From assembly GCF_000009705.1 (NCBI RefSeq), contig NC_003272.1:6030001-6062000 (forward strand): a stretch of DNA of 32,000 bases, given 5' to 3'. Below, in pieces: positions 9,930-20,004 of the stretch (the first letter of the stretch is position 1; every line of letters begins with the position of its first letter). Made by a program: the position numbers and the translations under genes. Under the pieces are notes generated by a model. That model had not been told where the DNA came from. It searched no databases and saw only the letters and a list, made by a program, of their open reading frames with translations. The DNA comes from Nostoc sp. PCC 7120 = FACHB-418 (lineage in GTDB: Bacteria > Cyanobacteriota > Cyanobacteriia > Cyanobacteriales > Nostocaceae).

Positions 9930-10055
9930 CTGAGGTAATTTTTCTACTTTTATAAACTGTTATAATCATGAGTCCGTTGGCGTTACTCTTCCCTGCAAAA
10001 TGCTCCGCGAATGCTCGCCAACTCGAAGATTACTAAGAATTAAGAATTATTACTT

Positions 10056-10541
10056 ATGCCTTACAAACTGCTGTTTGTCTGCTTGGGGAATATCTGTCGC
10101 TCACCATCGGCAGAAAATATTATGAACCATCTGATTGAGCAGGCAGGTTTAAGTGAGCGTATCATTTGTGACTCGGCTGGTACTTCTAGCTATCACATTG
10201 GTAGTTCACCTGACCGACGGATGAGTGCTGCTGCTGTTACAAAGTTAGGAATTAAACTGCGCGGACAGGCCAGACAATTTGTAAAATCTGATTTTCAAGA
10301 ATTTGATCTGATCCTAGCTATGGATCGAGACAACTATGACAACATTATTTCACTTGACCCCACTGGAAAGTATCACAACAAAGTAACTTTAATGTGTGAG
10401 TTCTGCTCGCGCCATAACCTAAAGGAAGTTCCAGATCCTTACTATGGCGGAACAGAAGGGTTTAATCAGGTCATTGATTTGCTGGTTGATGCCTGTGAGG
10501 GTTTACTGCAACATATTACTAGCCAGCAACTAGAAGCATAA
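10056..10541 (+). CDS. Low-molecular-weight protein-tyrosine phosphatase
   Basis: CLGNICRSP (CX5R-S P-loop) at residues 9-17 and a DPYYG general-acid loop near the C-terminus. Confidence 0.88.
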   Translation: MPYKLLFVCLGNICRSPSAENIMNHLIEQAGLSERIICDSAGTSSYHIGSSPDRRMSAAAVTKLGIKLRGQARQFVKSDFQEFDLILAMDRDNYDNIISLDPTGKYHNKVTLMCEFCSRHNLKEVPDPYYGGTEGFNQVIDLLVDACEGLLQHITSQQLEA

Positions 10542-10567
10542 CTAGCAACTCGAATTAGATACAGATG

Positions 10568-11251
10568 TTACTCTACTAAACCATGTGTAATGGCAAAACG
10601 CACCAGTTCGGCCCGATTGCTGGTGGTAGTTTTTCTCAGTAGACTACTAACGTATTTTTCCACAGTTCTGGGACTCAAGTGTAATTGATGCCCTATTTCG
10701 ATATTAGACAAACCATGAGTCAACATTTCTAAGACTTCTTGCTCTCTAGGCGTTAAAGATGAGAGTAGGTGCGATTTTTCCACATGAGTAAATACGGAGT
10801 GATGACTCTCTACAATTTTGCTAGGGAGAGGACTGCCTAAATTGTCTTTTTGAGAAAATCGGTATTCAGATTGAATGATTTGCGATCGCTCCAGCAAATT
10901 ACGAATCGCTGCTGCTAACTCTTCTAGTTCAAAAGGTTTAGGCAAATATAAATCACATCCTGATTGATAACCAAGAATTCTTTCCTGGGTTCTCGTACGC
11001 GCTGTTAATAAAATTACAGGTAATAAACGGAATGGAGGTTGCTGACGAACTCGACGCACCAACTCATAACCGTTCATTCTTGGCATAACAATATCAGTCA
11101 CGATTAAATCAGGATGGTATGCTTCCACCATAGTCAAAGCTTCTTGACCATCATTAGCCGTAATTACTGAATAGCCAGACAGTTCTAGGTAATCACTAAT
11201 AGACAGACGAGTGCCCAGATCGTCATCCACTACAAGGATCGTCAAGGGCAT
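10568..11251 (-). CDS. Two-component response regulator, receiver domain plus LuxR/NarL-type HTH
   Basis: Receiver motifs are intact: ILVVDDD, LIVTDIVMP (phospho-Asp) and LPKPF (Lys). The C-terminal LTPREQEVL......G.SN.EIG..L.LSPRTVE.YV is a LuxR HTH. The preferred start MPLTILVVDD is at 11251, and the track ORF reaches 11305. Confidence 0.88.
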   Translation of the reverse strand: MPLTILVVDDDLGTRLSISDYLELSGYSVITANDGQEALTMVEAYHPDLIVTDIVMPRMNGYELVRRVRQQPPFRLLPVILLTARTRTQERILGYQSGCDLYLPKPFELEELAAAIRNLLERSQIIQSEYRFSQKDNLGSPLPSKIVESHHSVFTHVEKSHLLSSLTPREQEVLEMLTHGLSNIEIGHQLHLSPRTVEKYVSSLLRKTTTSNRAELVRFAITHGLVE

Positions 11252-11822
11252 GGACAATACACCCCTAGCATTATTTTTTACTGAGATTATTTCTACAAGC
11301 TCCATCTATGAACACCCATGAAATAGTGTTCTCATGTTTCATACTATGACAGGATTAGCAGCTAATGACGGGTCTAAAAGTAATTTATAAAGAAAATCTT
11401 AAATTATTTATTTGGCTAACTAACTTCAATGTTGCTTTAAGCTCTATTTAAAGAAAAGCACAGTGAATTTTGTAATTCTTCACAAACAACTAAGGTATAG
11501 ATAGCTATTCTTAAACAAAGTATACATGAACACTAACTTTTCTAACATCTATATTTAGGGGAAATTTTTCCATTCAAAGGGAGAAACGCTAAATTATATA
11601 GATATGAGCAAGAGTTAGTTCAACATTTATTATAGTGGGTTAATATACACTGCTGAATTAACCGTAGGACTCCTAATTGATTTTTGAATAGCCTCATCAA
11701 GGCTATTAACTGCTAACCTTGGACAGTCAAGGCTAAAAGCCAATATTTACAACTCGTTTAGGGCTGTCACAGCACCCATCCAAACTATTTTTGCAGTAAG
11801 TCTAAAAGCAACCTAATTCTCA

Positions 11823-12290
11823 ATGAGCGATAAGAGCGAAAGTTACAAAGTAATTACTGATAATCGACAAGCCCGTTACTTGTACGAAATTCTGGAAACT
11901 TTTGAAGCCGGCATTCAATTGACGGGAACAGAGGTTAAGTCAATACGTGCAGGGAAAGTAAATCTTCAAGATGGTTATGCTTTGCTTCGAGATGGTGAAA
12001 TATGGCTAATTAACGCCCATATCTCCCCCTATAACGCTAGTGGGCAGTATTTTAATCACGAACCACGGCGGACGCGCAAGCTGTTATTACATCGTCAAGA
12101 AATTCGGAAACTGATTGGCAAGGTAGAGCAGCAAGGTTTAACATTAGTTCCCTTGAAAATGTACCTCAAACGTGGCTGGGTCAAAGTCAGTATCGCCCTT
12201 GGTAAGGGTAAAAAGCTCCACGATAAGCGAGAAAGTCTGAAACGTCGCCAAGACCAGCGTGATATGCAACGAGCAATGAAAAATTATTAG
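11823..12290 (+). CDS. smpB: SsrA-binding protein (tmRNA trans-translation cofactor)
   Basis: Family blocks NRQARYLYEI, GTEVKS.R.GK, EPRR.RKLLLH..EI.KL and a basic C-terminal tail. Confidence 0.93.
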   Translation: MSDKSESYKVITDNRQARYLYEILETFEAGIQLTGTEVKSIRAGKVNLQDGYALLRDGEIWLINAHISPYNASGQYFNHEPRRTRKLLLHRQEIRKLIGKVEQQGLTLVPLKMYLKRGWVKVSIALGKGKKLHDKRESLKRRQDQRDMQRAMKNY

Positions 12291-12478
12291 TTGTCATTGT
12301 TCCTCTATTAATACACCGAAGTTGGACAGTGGGCGGAATATCATCACCACTAATAGAGTTGTTGTATATCCTCAGGTGAGTTAGGCAAATACAGAGTTTA
12401 TAGCCGCAGATTGATTCTGCTAAGTTCAAGACTAGATAAAGTGGTGAGTAACTTTGGAAGCAACAAGGAACTCTCACC

Positions 12479-12766
12479 ATGAAACGTGATTTCTCTAAAA
12501 CTGTTGGCGCTGCTGTTCTCAGTTTAAGTATGGCAACCTTGCCTTTGAGCTTACCAGCAAACGCTCAGGTACAGACTGCCCCTGGAACCGATGGCACTAC
12601 AATTAGAACTTACGATCGCACCGCAGATCGTAACGATTTTGACTGGGGTTGGCTAGGCTTAATCGGTTTATTAGGTTTAGCTGGGTTAGCTGGTAAAAAA
12701 CGTGACGATGAGCCAACCCGCTATCGTGATCCTAGCGCACCCGGTGCTAGCAGCTATCGGGAATAG
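12479..12766 (+). CDS. Small secreted protein with a WGxxGxxG glycine-zipper hydrophobic segment
   Basis: N-terminal signal peptide (AAVLSLSMATLPLSLPANAQ). Then comes DWGWLGLIGLLGLAGLAGKKR, a W-G-x2-G-x2-G repeat hydrophobic helix plus basic cluster, followed by a ~20-aa polar tail. Confidence 0.65.
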   Translation: MKRDFSKTVGAAVLSLSMATLPLSLPANAQVQTAPGTDGTTIRTYDRTADRNDFDWGWLGLIGLLGLAGLAGKKRDDEPTRYRDPSAPGASSYRE

Positions 12767-12913
12767 ATACTCAAAAAATAACCAGATAGAAAACAGGGGA
12801 AATGATACAGGCTGAGAAGTCCCTTGTAATCATTAATTTTAGGGCTAACTTGTGTTTGAATCTATCTGGTGACTTTTATACATATAGGCACGGCGGAATA
12901 TAGCTTGCTTGAA

Positions 12914-12958
12914 AAAATTTCTGGGTGCGGCTCCATTGATTGCTGAGTCAGAAATTTT
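12914..12958. terminator. Candidate bidirectional intrinsic terminator between convergent genes (10-bp AU-rich stem AAAATTTCTG/CAGAAATTTT)
   Basis: Arms at 12914-12923 and 12949-12958 flank a 25-nt loop. T-rich runs follow the stem on both strands (ttctttctc on plus, tttttc on minus). It is nested inside an outer 8-bp inverted repeat, AGGCACGG 12886-12893 and CCGTGCCT 13006-13013. Confidence 0.4.
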
Positions 12959-13030
12959 CTTTCTCACATCAGCGATAGCCCAAGCCAGGGCGTACCTCAA
13001 TCGCACCGTGCCTCATTCTCTCATCAATAT

Positions 13031-14458
13031 CTAGTTGCTTGTGGGTTCTTCCTTAAATAAATTGAGTTCTTGACATTGGTTTGCGGATAAAGGTGTCCAA
13101 TAGCTAGCAATGAGAGCAACCATTAACCACCAAAGAGTATTAACTTCCGGACGAAACCATATAGTGTCTACCGTACCGTGAGCCAGCATTCCCAGCAATG
13201 TGGCTAAGGCACCCACCAACCAAAATCCTTGCACATTGGCAGATTGGCGCAGTTGGCGTAGCTGAACGAATGCTGTATTAATAGTGACGATAATTAACCA
13301 GAGAAAGCAAGCTAGTCCAACAAAACCCATTTCTACAGCCACCTCTAGGAAGATGGAATAGGCACTTAAAGCACTATAACGAGGTCTTTGGTAAAGAGGG
13401 TAGACTTTATTAAAAGAATTATGACCAGGGCCAATACCAATAATTGGGCGATCGCGGATCATCTCAAAAACAGCATCCCACACGTTGCGGCGAAAATTAT
13501 TGCTGCTATCTTGGCGATCGGCAAAAATACTGAGAACTCGAAACCGGACTGGCTCGACAAATAACACCGCAATCAACAATACCCCGATCAAACCGCCCAA
13601 AAGTATGGGTAATGACCAGGTTCGCCAAAAAGGCGGCATTTGCACACTCCACCAATCAACTAGCAATGCCGTCGCCCCTAAGACTGCTACCACAAGACCA
13701 ATCCAGCCGCCACGACTATAAGTAAAAATTAGGCAAGCAGTGTTTACAAACAGCATTGTTACAGCTAAAGATTTTCTTGCCCAGCCCTGCCAGACAAAAA
13801 CTGCCATGAGGCTAAAAATCACCGCCGGTACTAAATAACCAGCCAACAAATTGGGATTGCCTAAATAACTGTAAACCCTTGTGGTTTTAGACAAGGTGGA
13901 CTCTGGATCAACCCAAGTCGCCAGTGGGGGCGCACCAAAACGCCATTGTCGCATTCCATATATACTGACAACCAGTGATGCAGATAGGTAGAGGGTAATG
14001 ATCCAAGACCTCAGACGCGGCGATCTCAGCACCCTGGCACAAAGAGCAAATAGTAGCAAATACAAAGTCAAGGTTAACAAATCAGTTAATGCTGCCTTCT
14101 TGACTGGTGATAATGCCGTTGCTACAGCAGCAATTCCCCAATAGAGCAACACCAACAGGTGTATGGGAGTAACAAGGGAGTTATTGTTTGATGAAGGTTC
14201 ATCAGATAAAGTCAACAATAACCAAAAACCTACACAAGCTATCAGCAGCACACCAACGAGAGTACTAGAGACAAAGGGAGCCAAAACATATATCAAGCTG
14301 AGTAACGCAGCTGCAATCATGTCTCCCCACTGAAGTAAGAAACTAGTTTGCCGCCAAGAAGATAACAGTCCCACTAGGAACCGATGTAAGTAACTTGTAG
14401 CTAGAAACTGTTTTAGAGGTAAAGAAGATAAAGTAAATCGTTGCCAGACTAAATTCAT
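13031..14458 (-). CDS. ictB: IctB-family / O-antigen-ligase-like polytopic membrane protein
   Basis: About 10-12 hydrophobic helices. The N-terminus (VWQRFTL...SYLHRF.G.L..WR..S.LLQW) resembles the Synechococcus IctB N-terminus. The central YSRGGW.G... block is typical of the Wzy_C/O-antigen ligase domain. Confidence 0.78.
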   Translation of the reverse strand: MNLVWQRFTLSSLPLKQFLATSYLHRFLVGLLSSWRQTSFLLQWGDMIAAALLSLIYVLAPFVSSTLVGVLLIACVGFWLLLTLSDEPSSNNNSLVTPIHLLVLLYWGIAAVATALSPVKKAALTDLLTLTLYLLLFALCARVLRSPRLRSWIITLYLSASLVVSIYGMRQWRFGAPPLATWVDPESTLSKTTRVYSYLGNPNLLAGYLVPAVIFSLMAVFVWQGWARKSLAVTMLFVNTACLIFTYSRGGWIGLVVAVLGATALLVDWWSVQMPPFWRTWSLPILLGGLIGVLLIAVLFVEPVRFRVLSIFADRQDSSNNFRRNVWDAVFEMIRDRPIIGIGPGHNSFNKVYPLYQRPRYSALSAYSIFLEVAVEMGFVGLACFLWLIIVTINTAFVQLRQLRQSANVQGFWLVGALATLLGMLAHGTVDTIWFRPEVNTLWWLMVALIASYWTPLSANQCQELNLFKEEPTSN

Positions 14459-14625
14459 AAAATAAGCTGCGCTTGATTACCAAGCCCCCAGTGAACTTGG
14501 ACTTAATCATAATGCGGCTCATTATAAAAAGGTAATAACTCAAATTGCAAATTATTAATTCCTATCCATGCTGATTGACGTTAAGCATTCGGTCATCAAA
14601 ATGCAGTAGGAAATAGAAATTTTCA

Positions 14626-16191
14626 TCAAATATCGCTAACTTCCGGATTTTTTGCCAATTGTAATGGTAAGTTCACTAAATAACGATGTCCTGATTCCCG
14701 TGAACCTTGAATAGAAATTTGACCACCGTGTAATTCAGCTAACTGACAACTCAACAATAAACCTAAGCTTTCACGGGACAAATTACCTTTACTTTTGCTG
14801 GAATCGCCATCAGGATTTACAGCCAAAAGATCAGAATAAGAATCAGCTAAGGATCGTAACTTTTCCAGTGTCACAGGTAAACTTTTTATTTCTTCCTTAG
14901 GTTCAGGAGGTACACTGTACATAGCAGCATCACCAGCCAAATCCATAACAGACAATGAATTCAGGCGGAAATATGGGTCAACATCAGTAATCCCATCGCC
15001 TAGCCAAGGGTGAGAAACCCAAACAGTAATGTTCAGCGCATTTTCTTTATATGAGACATGAATACGCACAATACTACCAGTAGCAGAAAATTGAATTACA
15101 CTGAAAATTAGGTGATACAGCATTTGCCGAACTTTGTCTTTATCTAACGGCCAAATACGGCTACGTCCCGGTTCTATGGACAATCGAATGTCTTGTTCAC
15201 GACGATTAGCTGCTTCCTCTAAAGTATTAATAGCTTGTTGACACAGCATTTCAATATCTACAGGAGCTAGATTCAATACACTTGCCTTTTCATCTATTGC
15301 TCCTAGCTCGGTAATTTCATTCACTAAAGAGAGTAAATACCGACCACTGTGTTGGATTATATCCAGATATTCACGTTGCTTTGTTGTCAGAGGCCCATAA
15401 ATCTCACGTCCCAACACACTTGCCATCCCTAATACGGATGTCAAGGGTGTACGTAATTCTTGGGTAAGTTGTGCCAAGAGTTCTATTTTGACTTGCTTGG
15501 TTGAATGTGAGTCTTTTTCTACTTCTACATGAGGCAGAGTCAGCTTAGGCTCATTAGGCTCGTCATGAGGTATGAATGTGGGCGAACTCTTGAAGCTACT
15601 CTGATCTGATTTTACCTGCATCAGTAGGCGATTGCGCTCGAATTCGCTCATGCTCCAACGGGCAATAATTTGTAGAAATTCGACATCCCTGGTTGTAAAA
15701 TTGCGCGGGACTAAATCCATCACGGCTAATGCACCAAGGCAATTTCCCGCAGCATCAATTAAGGGAGCGCCCAGATAAGCACGAATACCATAATCTTGGA
15801 TCAACTTACCAGTTGCCAGCGCCGGATCTGTTACTCGTAATGTATCATTAATAACAAGTATTTGGTGACTATCTACTACTTGTGTGCAGAACGACTCCTG
15901 GCGTAACAACTGACGGCTTTGAGCCAAATGATTCATTAGTCCCAGCCTAGATAAGCCTACCGCCGATTTGAACCAATGACGCTCTTGATCTATAAAACCC
16001 AAAATAGAAATTGGTGCTTCCAAAAAATGAGCCGCAGTTTGAGTTGCTTCCTCAAAAACCGGTATTGTTTCTGGTTGTCGCAAACCTAATTCTGACAATG
16101 CTTTGAGGCGTTGTTGTTCTCTTGTGTCCTGAGAAACCCAACCGTCCTTGAGGGCAAATAATTTGTTTTCCGGCTCTACCATTGCCACCAC
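14626..16191 (-). CDS. GAF-domain sensor histidine-kinase-like protein, probably a pseudokinase (H-box His replaced by Gln, degenerate N/G boxes)
   Basis: N-terminal GAF domain (RLKALSELGL...FEEATQTAAHFLEAPISILGFIDQERHWFKS..GL...SFC..V......LVINDT..D.......L....GIRAYLGAPL....G..LGALAVMD..PR.F). The HisKA-like helix reads LTQELRTPLTSVLGM where SHELRTPL is expected. The C-terminal HATPase-like region lacks the canonical N-box Asn and G2 glycines. The start is ambiguous between GTG 16191 and ATG 16182. Confidence 0.85.
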   Translation of the reverse strand: MVAMVEPENKLFALKDGWVSQDTREQQRLKALSELGLRQPETIPVFEEATQTAAHFLEAPISILGFIDQERHWFKSAVGLSRLGLMNHLAQSRQLLRQESFCTQVVDSHQILVINDTLRVTDPALATGKLIQDYGIRAYLGAPLIDAAGNCLGALAVMDLVPRNFTTRDVEFLQIIARWSMSEFERNRLLMQVKSDQSSFKSSPTFIPHDEPNEPKLTLPHVEVEKDSHSTKQVKIELLAQLTQELRTPLTSVLGMASVLGREIYGPLTTKQREYLDIIQHSGRYLLSLVNEITELGAIDEKASVLNLAPVDIEMLCQQAINTLEEAANRREQDIRLSIEPGRSRIWPLDKDKVRQMLYHLIFSVIQFSATGSIVRIHVSYKENALNITVWVSHPWLGDGITDVDPYFRLNSLSVMDLAGDAAMYSVPPEPKEEIKSLPVTLEKLRSLADSYSDLLAVNPDGDSSKSKGNLSRESLGLLLSCQLAELHGGQISIQGSRESGHRYLVNLPLQLAKNPEVSDI

Positions 16192-16811
16192 TACCTTAAT
16201 AAATTTTCGATAATGTAATTTATATAACCACTTAAGCTGGGTTATGATTTCCTATCCTTAAGCATTCCCCAATTTGACTGCTGATAAACAAGTTGGGAAT
16301 AAAATTTTTCTTCCCCTGATGAAAATCATGTCAATGGTTGTGTATTATGTCCTATTAGTAAATATTACGCGACAGTAGAATACCCTAAATATTTTTGGTG
16401 TTTTGAATCTGAGTTAGCGTTAGTTTATAATTCAAAATGGGTATTATAAGAGCTTAAGAATTTATAATTAAAAATATATTAATTTGACTATTTATATATA
16501 CTCTTACCAAAAAATATCTATTGAAAGAAAAGCCTACTAGTTTCTACATTGATCCTCTATGTAGATTTCATGGCGGGCAATATTCTTAACAAAATGGTCT
16601 ACATTATCCGTCTATATTGAACATCATTAATTAGCTAATTAACTAATTTTATTGTTTATTGTTCACATAAAATTACCGCAAAGTTACATTTATTTATAAT
16701 TCTTTATATATAACGTAAAAATCTCAAACTTCTCAAAAGTGTTCGAGAGTTTTATTTTGCGATCGCTCTTTTTTGCTTTTTGTTTTCTAGGGTTTTAAAA
16801 AATAGATTTGA

Positions 16812-16840
16812 TTGAAGTTAGAGAAGGCGATCGCTATATT
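16812..16840 (+). promoter_or_regulatory. Candidate sigma70-type promoter TTGAAG-N17-TATATT for the 16982 gene
   Basis: TTGAAG at 16812-16817, a 17-nt spacer containing a HIP1 site, and TATATT at 16835-16840. It lies about 140 nt upstream of the ATG. This is a pattern match only, in very AT-rich DNA. Confidence 0.3.
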
Positions 16841-16981
16841 TATCATATGTATTTTCCCTCTCACTAATTCATTTAGATAAATACAAACCCAATTTGGGAA
16901 TACTAGCTAAAGCACAGCTACCTGTCCCATGTAAGTAAGGTGGCTAATAATCACCTGAAGTTTAGCAATGAGGAAAATATT

Positions 16982-18382
16982 ATGAGTTTACCAATAACAG
17001 TAACCTTTATGCTTGCTGATTGGATTGTTAAAGGATTAGCAAATGGAACATTGGAGCGGGTTGGAGGGGTAATTCGGGAAGTAGGTAGTAAACAAGTTGT
17101 GACTTGGTTACGAGGCATAACTGATAATTCACCATTACCAACACCAACTAAGTCATCTAACAATCTTCTCAATCTTATGTTCTCCGGAGCAAATCTAGTT
17201 ACTTCAGGTGTTAATACTGCTGTAACGCAAAAAGGATTAGCTGATGTTAACCAGCGTTTAGGCGGAGTAGAACAAATAAATTTAGGCAACCTTGGGGTTT
17301 CAGGAGGAAATTTGGTTGCAACTGTTGCTAACGCTGCTGTAACAGGAAAAAGATTAGCTGATGCTAACAGACGTTTAAGTGGTATTGATAATCAGTTAGA
17401 AGAACTAGGACAAAATTTACAGTTTACTCAAGGGATTTTACAAGTAACTACAGCCGCTAGCATACTTAATCTTGGTGTGTCAGTCATGGGCTTTGCTGCA
17501 ATAGCCAAACGTTTGAAGGAACTAGAAAAAAGCTTACAAGAGGCACAAGAGTTATTAAGCAAAATTAATCGCAAAATTGATCTGAGTTTTTATGCTAATT
17601 TTCGTGCTGCCATTGAATTAGCAATTAATGCTTTCACAATGACAAAATCTGAAAATCGCAGAAGCAGTGCCTTACAAGCGATTAATAGATTTTTAGAAGC
17701 AGAACATATTTATACGGAATTTACCGACATTGAAATTCAGCAACAAAGCCCCATTGCTGATGAGTATATTCTTACTCTATCTTTAGCATATCTAGCTGAA
17801 ATACGTTGTTATTTGGAATTAGAAGAACATGAAACAGCATTGCGGCGCTTCCAAGAAGGTACAAGAGTTATACGTTCTCGTATTCAAAATTATGTTGAAA
17901 TTTTGATGACTTCTAACCCCGCAGTATATTTACAACCTCAATTCAAAAATGAAATTGATTTACGAAGGATGACGCGAATTTATCAGTGGTTTAATCCAGA
18001 TTTAGATGAGAACGATGTATTTGATATTGAACGGGAAAATTTATATAAATTAGCAATATGTCCTTACGAATGGGTAAAACTATTGCCAGAGGCAATTTTA
18101 ATGCGTGATGAGGTTCAAGGAGGATGGTTTGGTCCAAGCGATGAAGATTTAAAGAAAGAAGCTGATAAACGTCTTCCTCAAGTATTAGAAATAATGGAAT
18201 CTATGATTGAGACTAATCGACGTTTTGAATCTTATCAAACAGAAATACAAGCAATATCTCAACTCGGTATTAGCTTTCATGAATGGCTAAAATTATCCCC
18301 ATCTACAGAAATTAAACCGGAAGGTGCAGAATTGATGTATATCATTCCATCTCAGCCTTTAGATTTGCAAATGTTCGATTGA
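16982..18382 (+). CDS. Hypothetical protein with an internally repeated N-terminal module, a predicted hydrophobic helix and an alpha-helical C-terminal domain. I recognise no family.
   Basis: Long uninterrupted ORF. GAGGAA (16970-16975) lies 6 nt before the ATG at 16982, whereas the track start 16940 is a GTG. A clear internal duplication (17189-17275 vs 17306-17395) is visible at both DNA and protein level. Confidence 0.8.
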   Translation: MSLPITVTFMLADWIVKGLANGTLERVGGVIREVGSKQVVTWLRGITDNSPLPTPTKSSNNLLNLMFSGANLVTSGVNTAVTQKGLADVNQRLGGVEQINLGNLGVSGGNLVATVANAAVTGKRLADANRRLSGIDNQLEELGQNLQFTQGILQVTTAASILNLGVSVMGFAAIAKRLKELEKSLQEAQELLSKINRKIDLSFYANFRAAIELAINAFTMTKSENRRSSALQAINRFLEAEHIYTEFTDIEIQQQSPIADEYILTLSLAYLAEIRCYLELEEHETALRRFQEGTRVIRSRIQNYVEILMTSNPAVYLQPQFKNEIDLRRMTRIYQWFNPDLDENDVFDIERENLYKLAICPYEWVKLLPEAILMRDEVQGGWFGPSDEDLKKEADKRLPQVLEIMESMIETNRRFESYQTEIQAISQLGISFHEWLKLSPSTEIKPEGAELMYIIPSQPLDLQMFD

Positions 18383-18391
18383 CATACCAAT

Positions 18392-18416
18392 AAAAAAAGC
18401 GAACTTTCGGGTTCGC
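18392..18416 (-). terminator. Rho-independent terminator of chlN (minus strand), possibly also serving the convergent plus-strand gene
   Basis: GCGAAC (18399-18404) and GTTCGC (18411-18416) form a stem with a 6-nt loop. On the minus strand the stem is followed by a run of 7 T (complement of 18392-18398). It lies 36 nt downstream of the chlN stop. Confidence 0.7.
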
Positions 18417-18451
18417 CTTCAATCATTCTCTTGGTTGTTTTTAATCCAAAC

Positions 18452-19967
<1,516 letters not shown>

Positions 19968-20004
19968 TCTTTGGCACATAGCACCAACTACCAATTCCTA
20001 GTAA

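Noticed and set aside
11306-11822. Looked for tmRNA (ssrA) or another RNA gene in the 516-bp AT-rich gap next to smpB
   Set aside because: There is no GGGG(C/T)TG 5' end, no tRNA-like T-arm (GGTTCGAATCC-type) and no tag-peptide reading frame. Only short inverted repeats are present. ssrA is usually unlinked to smpB.
12187-12480. 97-aa minus-strand ORF overlapping the smpB 3' end
   Set aside because: It is antisense to the smpB tail and the downstream spacer, with Cys/Tyr-rich non-protein-like sequence.
14343-14543. 66-aa ORF overlapping the ictB-like gene's 5' end, and the 5581..5823 and 2787..2972 ORFs
   Set aside because: They overlap the 5' or 3' ends of strong genes or sit in AT-rich spacers. 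They have hydrophobic, low-complexity translations and no supporting signals.
16192-16981. Type III toxin-antitoxin-like RNA repeat array or a small partner ORF upstream of the 466-aa gene
   Set aside because: I found only short AT-rich direct repeats (such as TAATTAGC/TAATTAAC and TTTATAATT-AAAAT) and ORFs of 19 codons or fewer. There is no regular ~30-40-nt tandem array, so there is no evidence for a two-component module.
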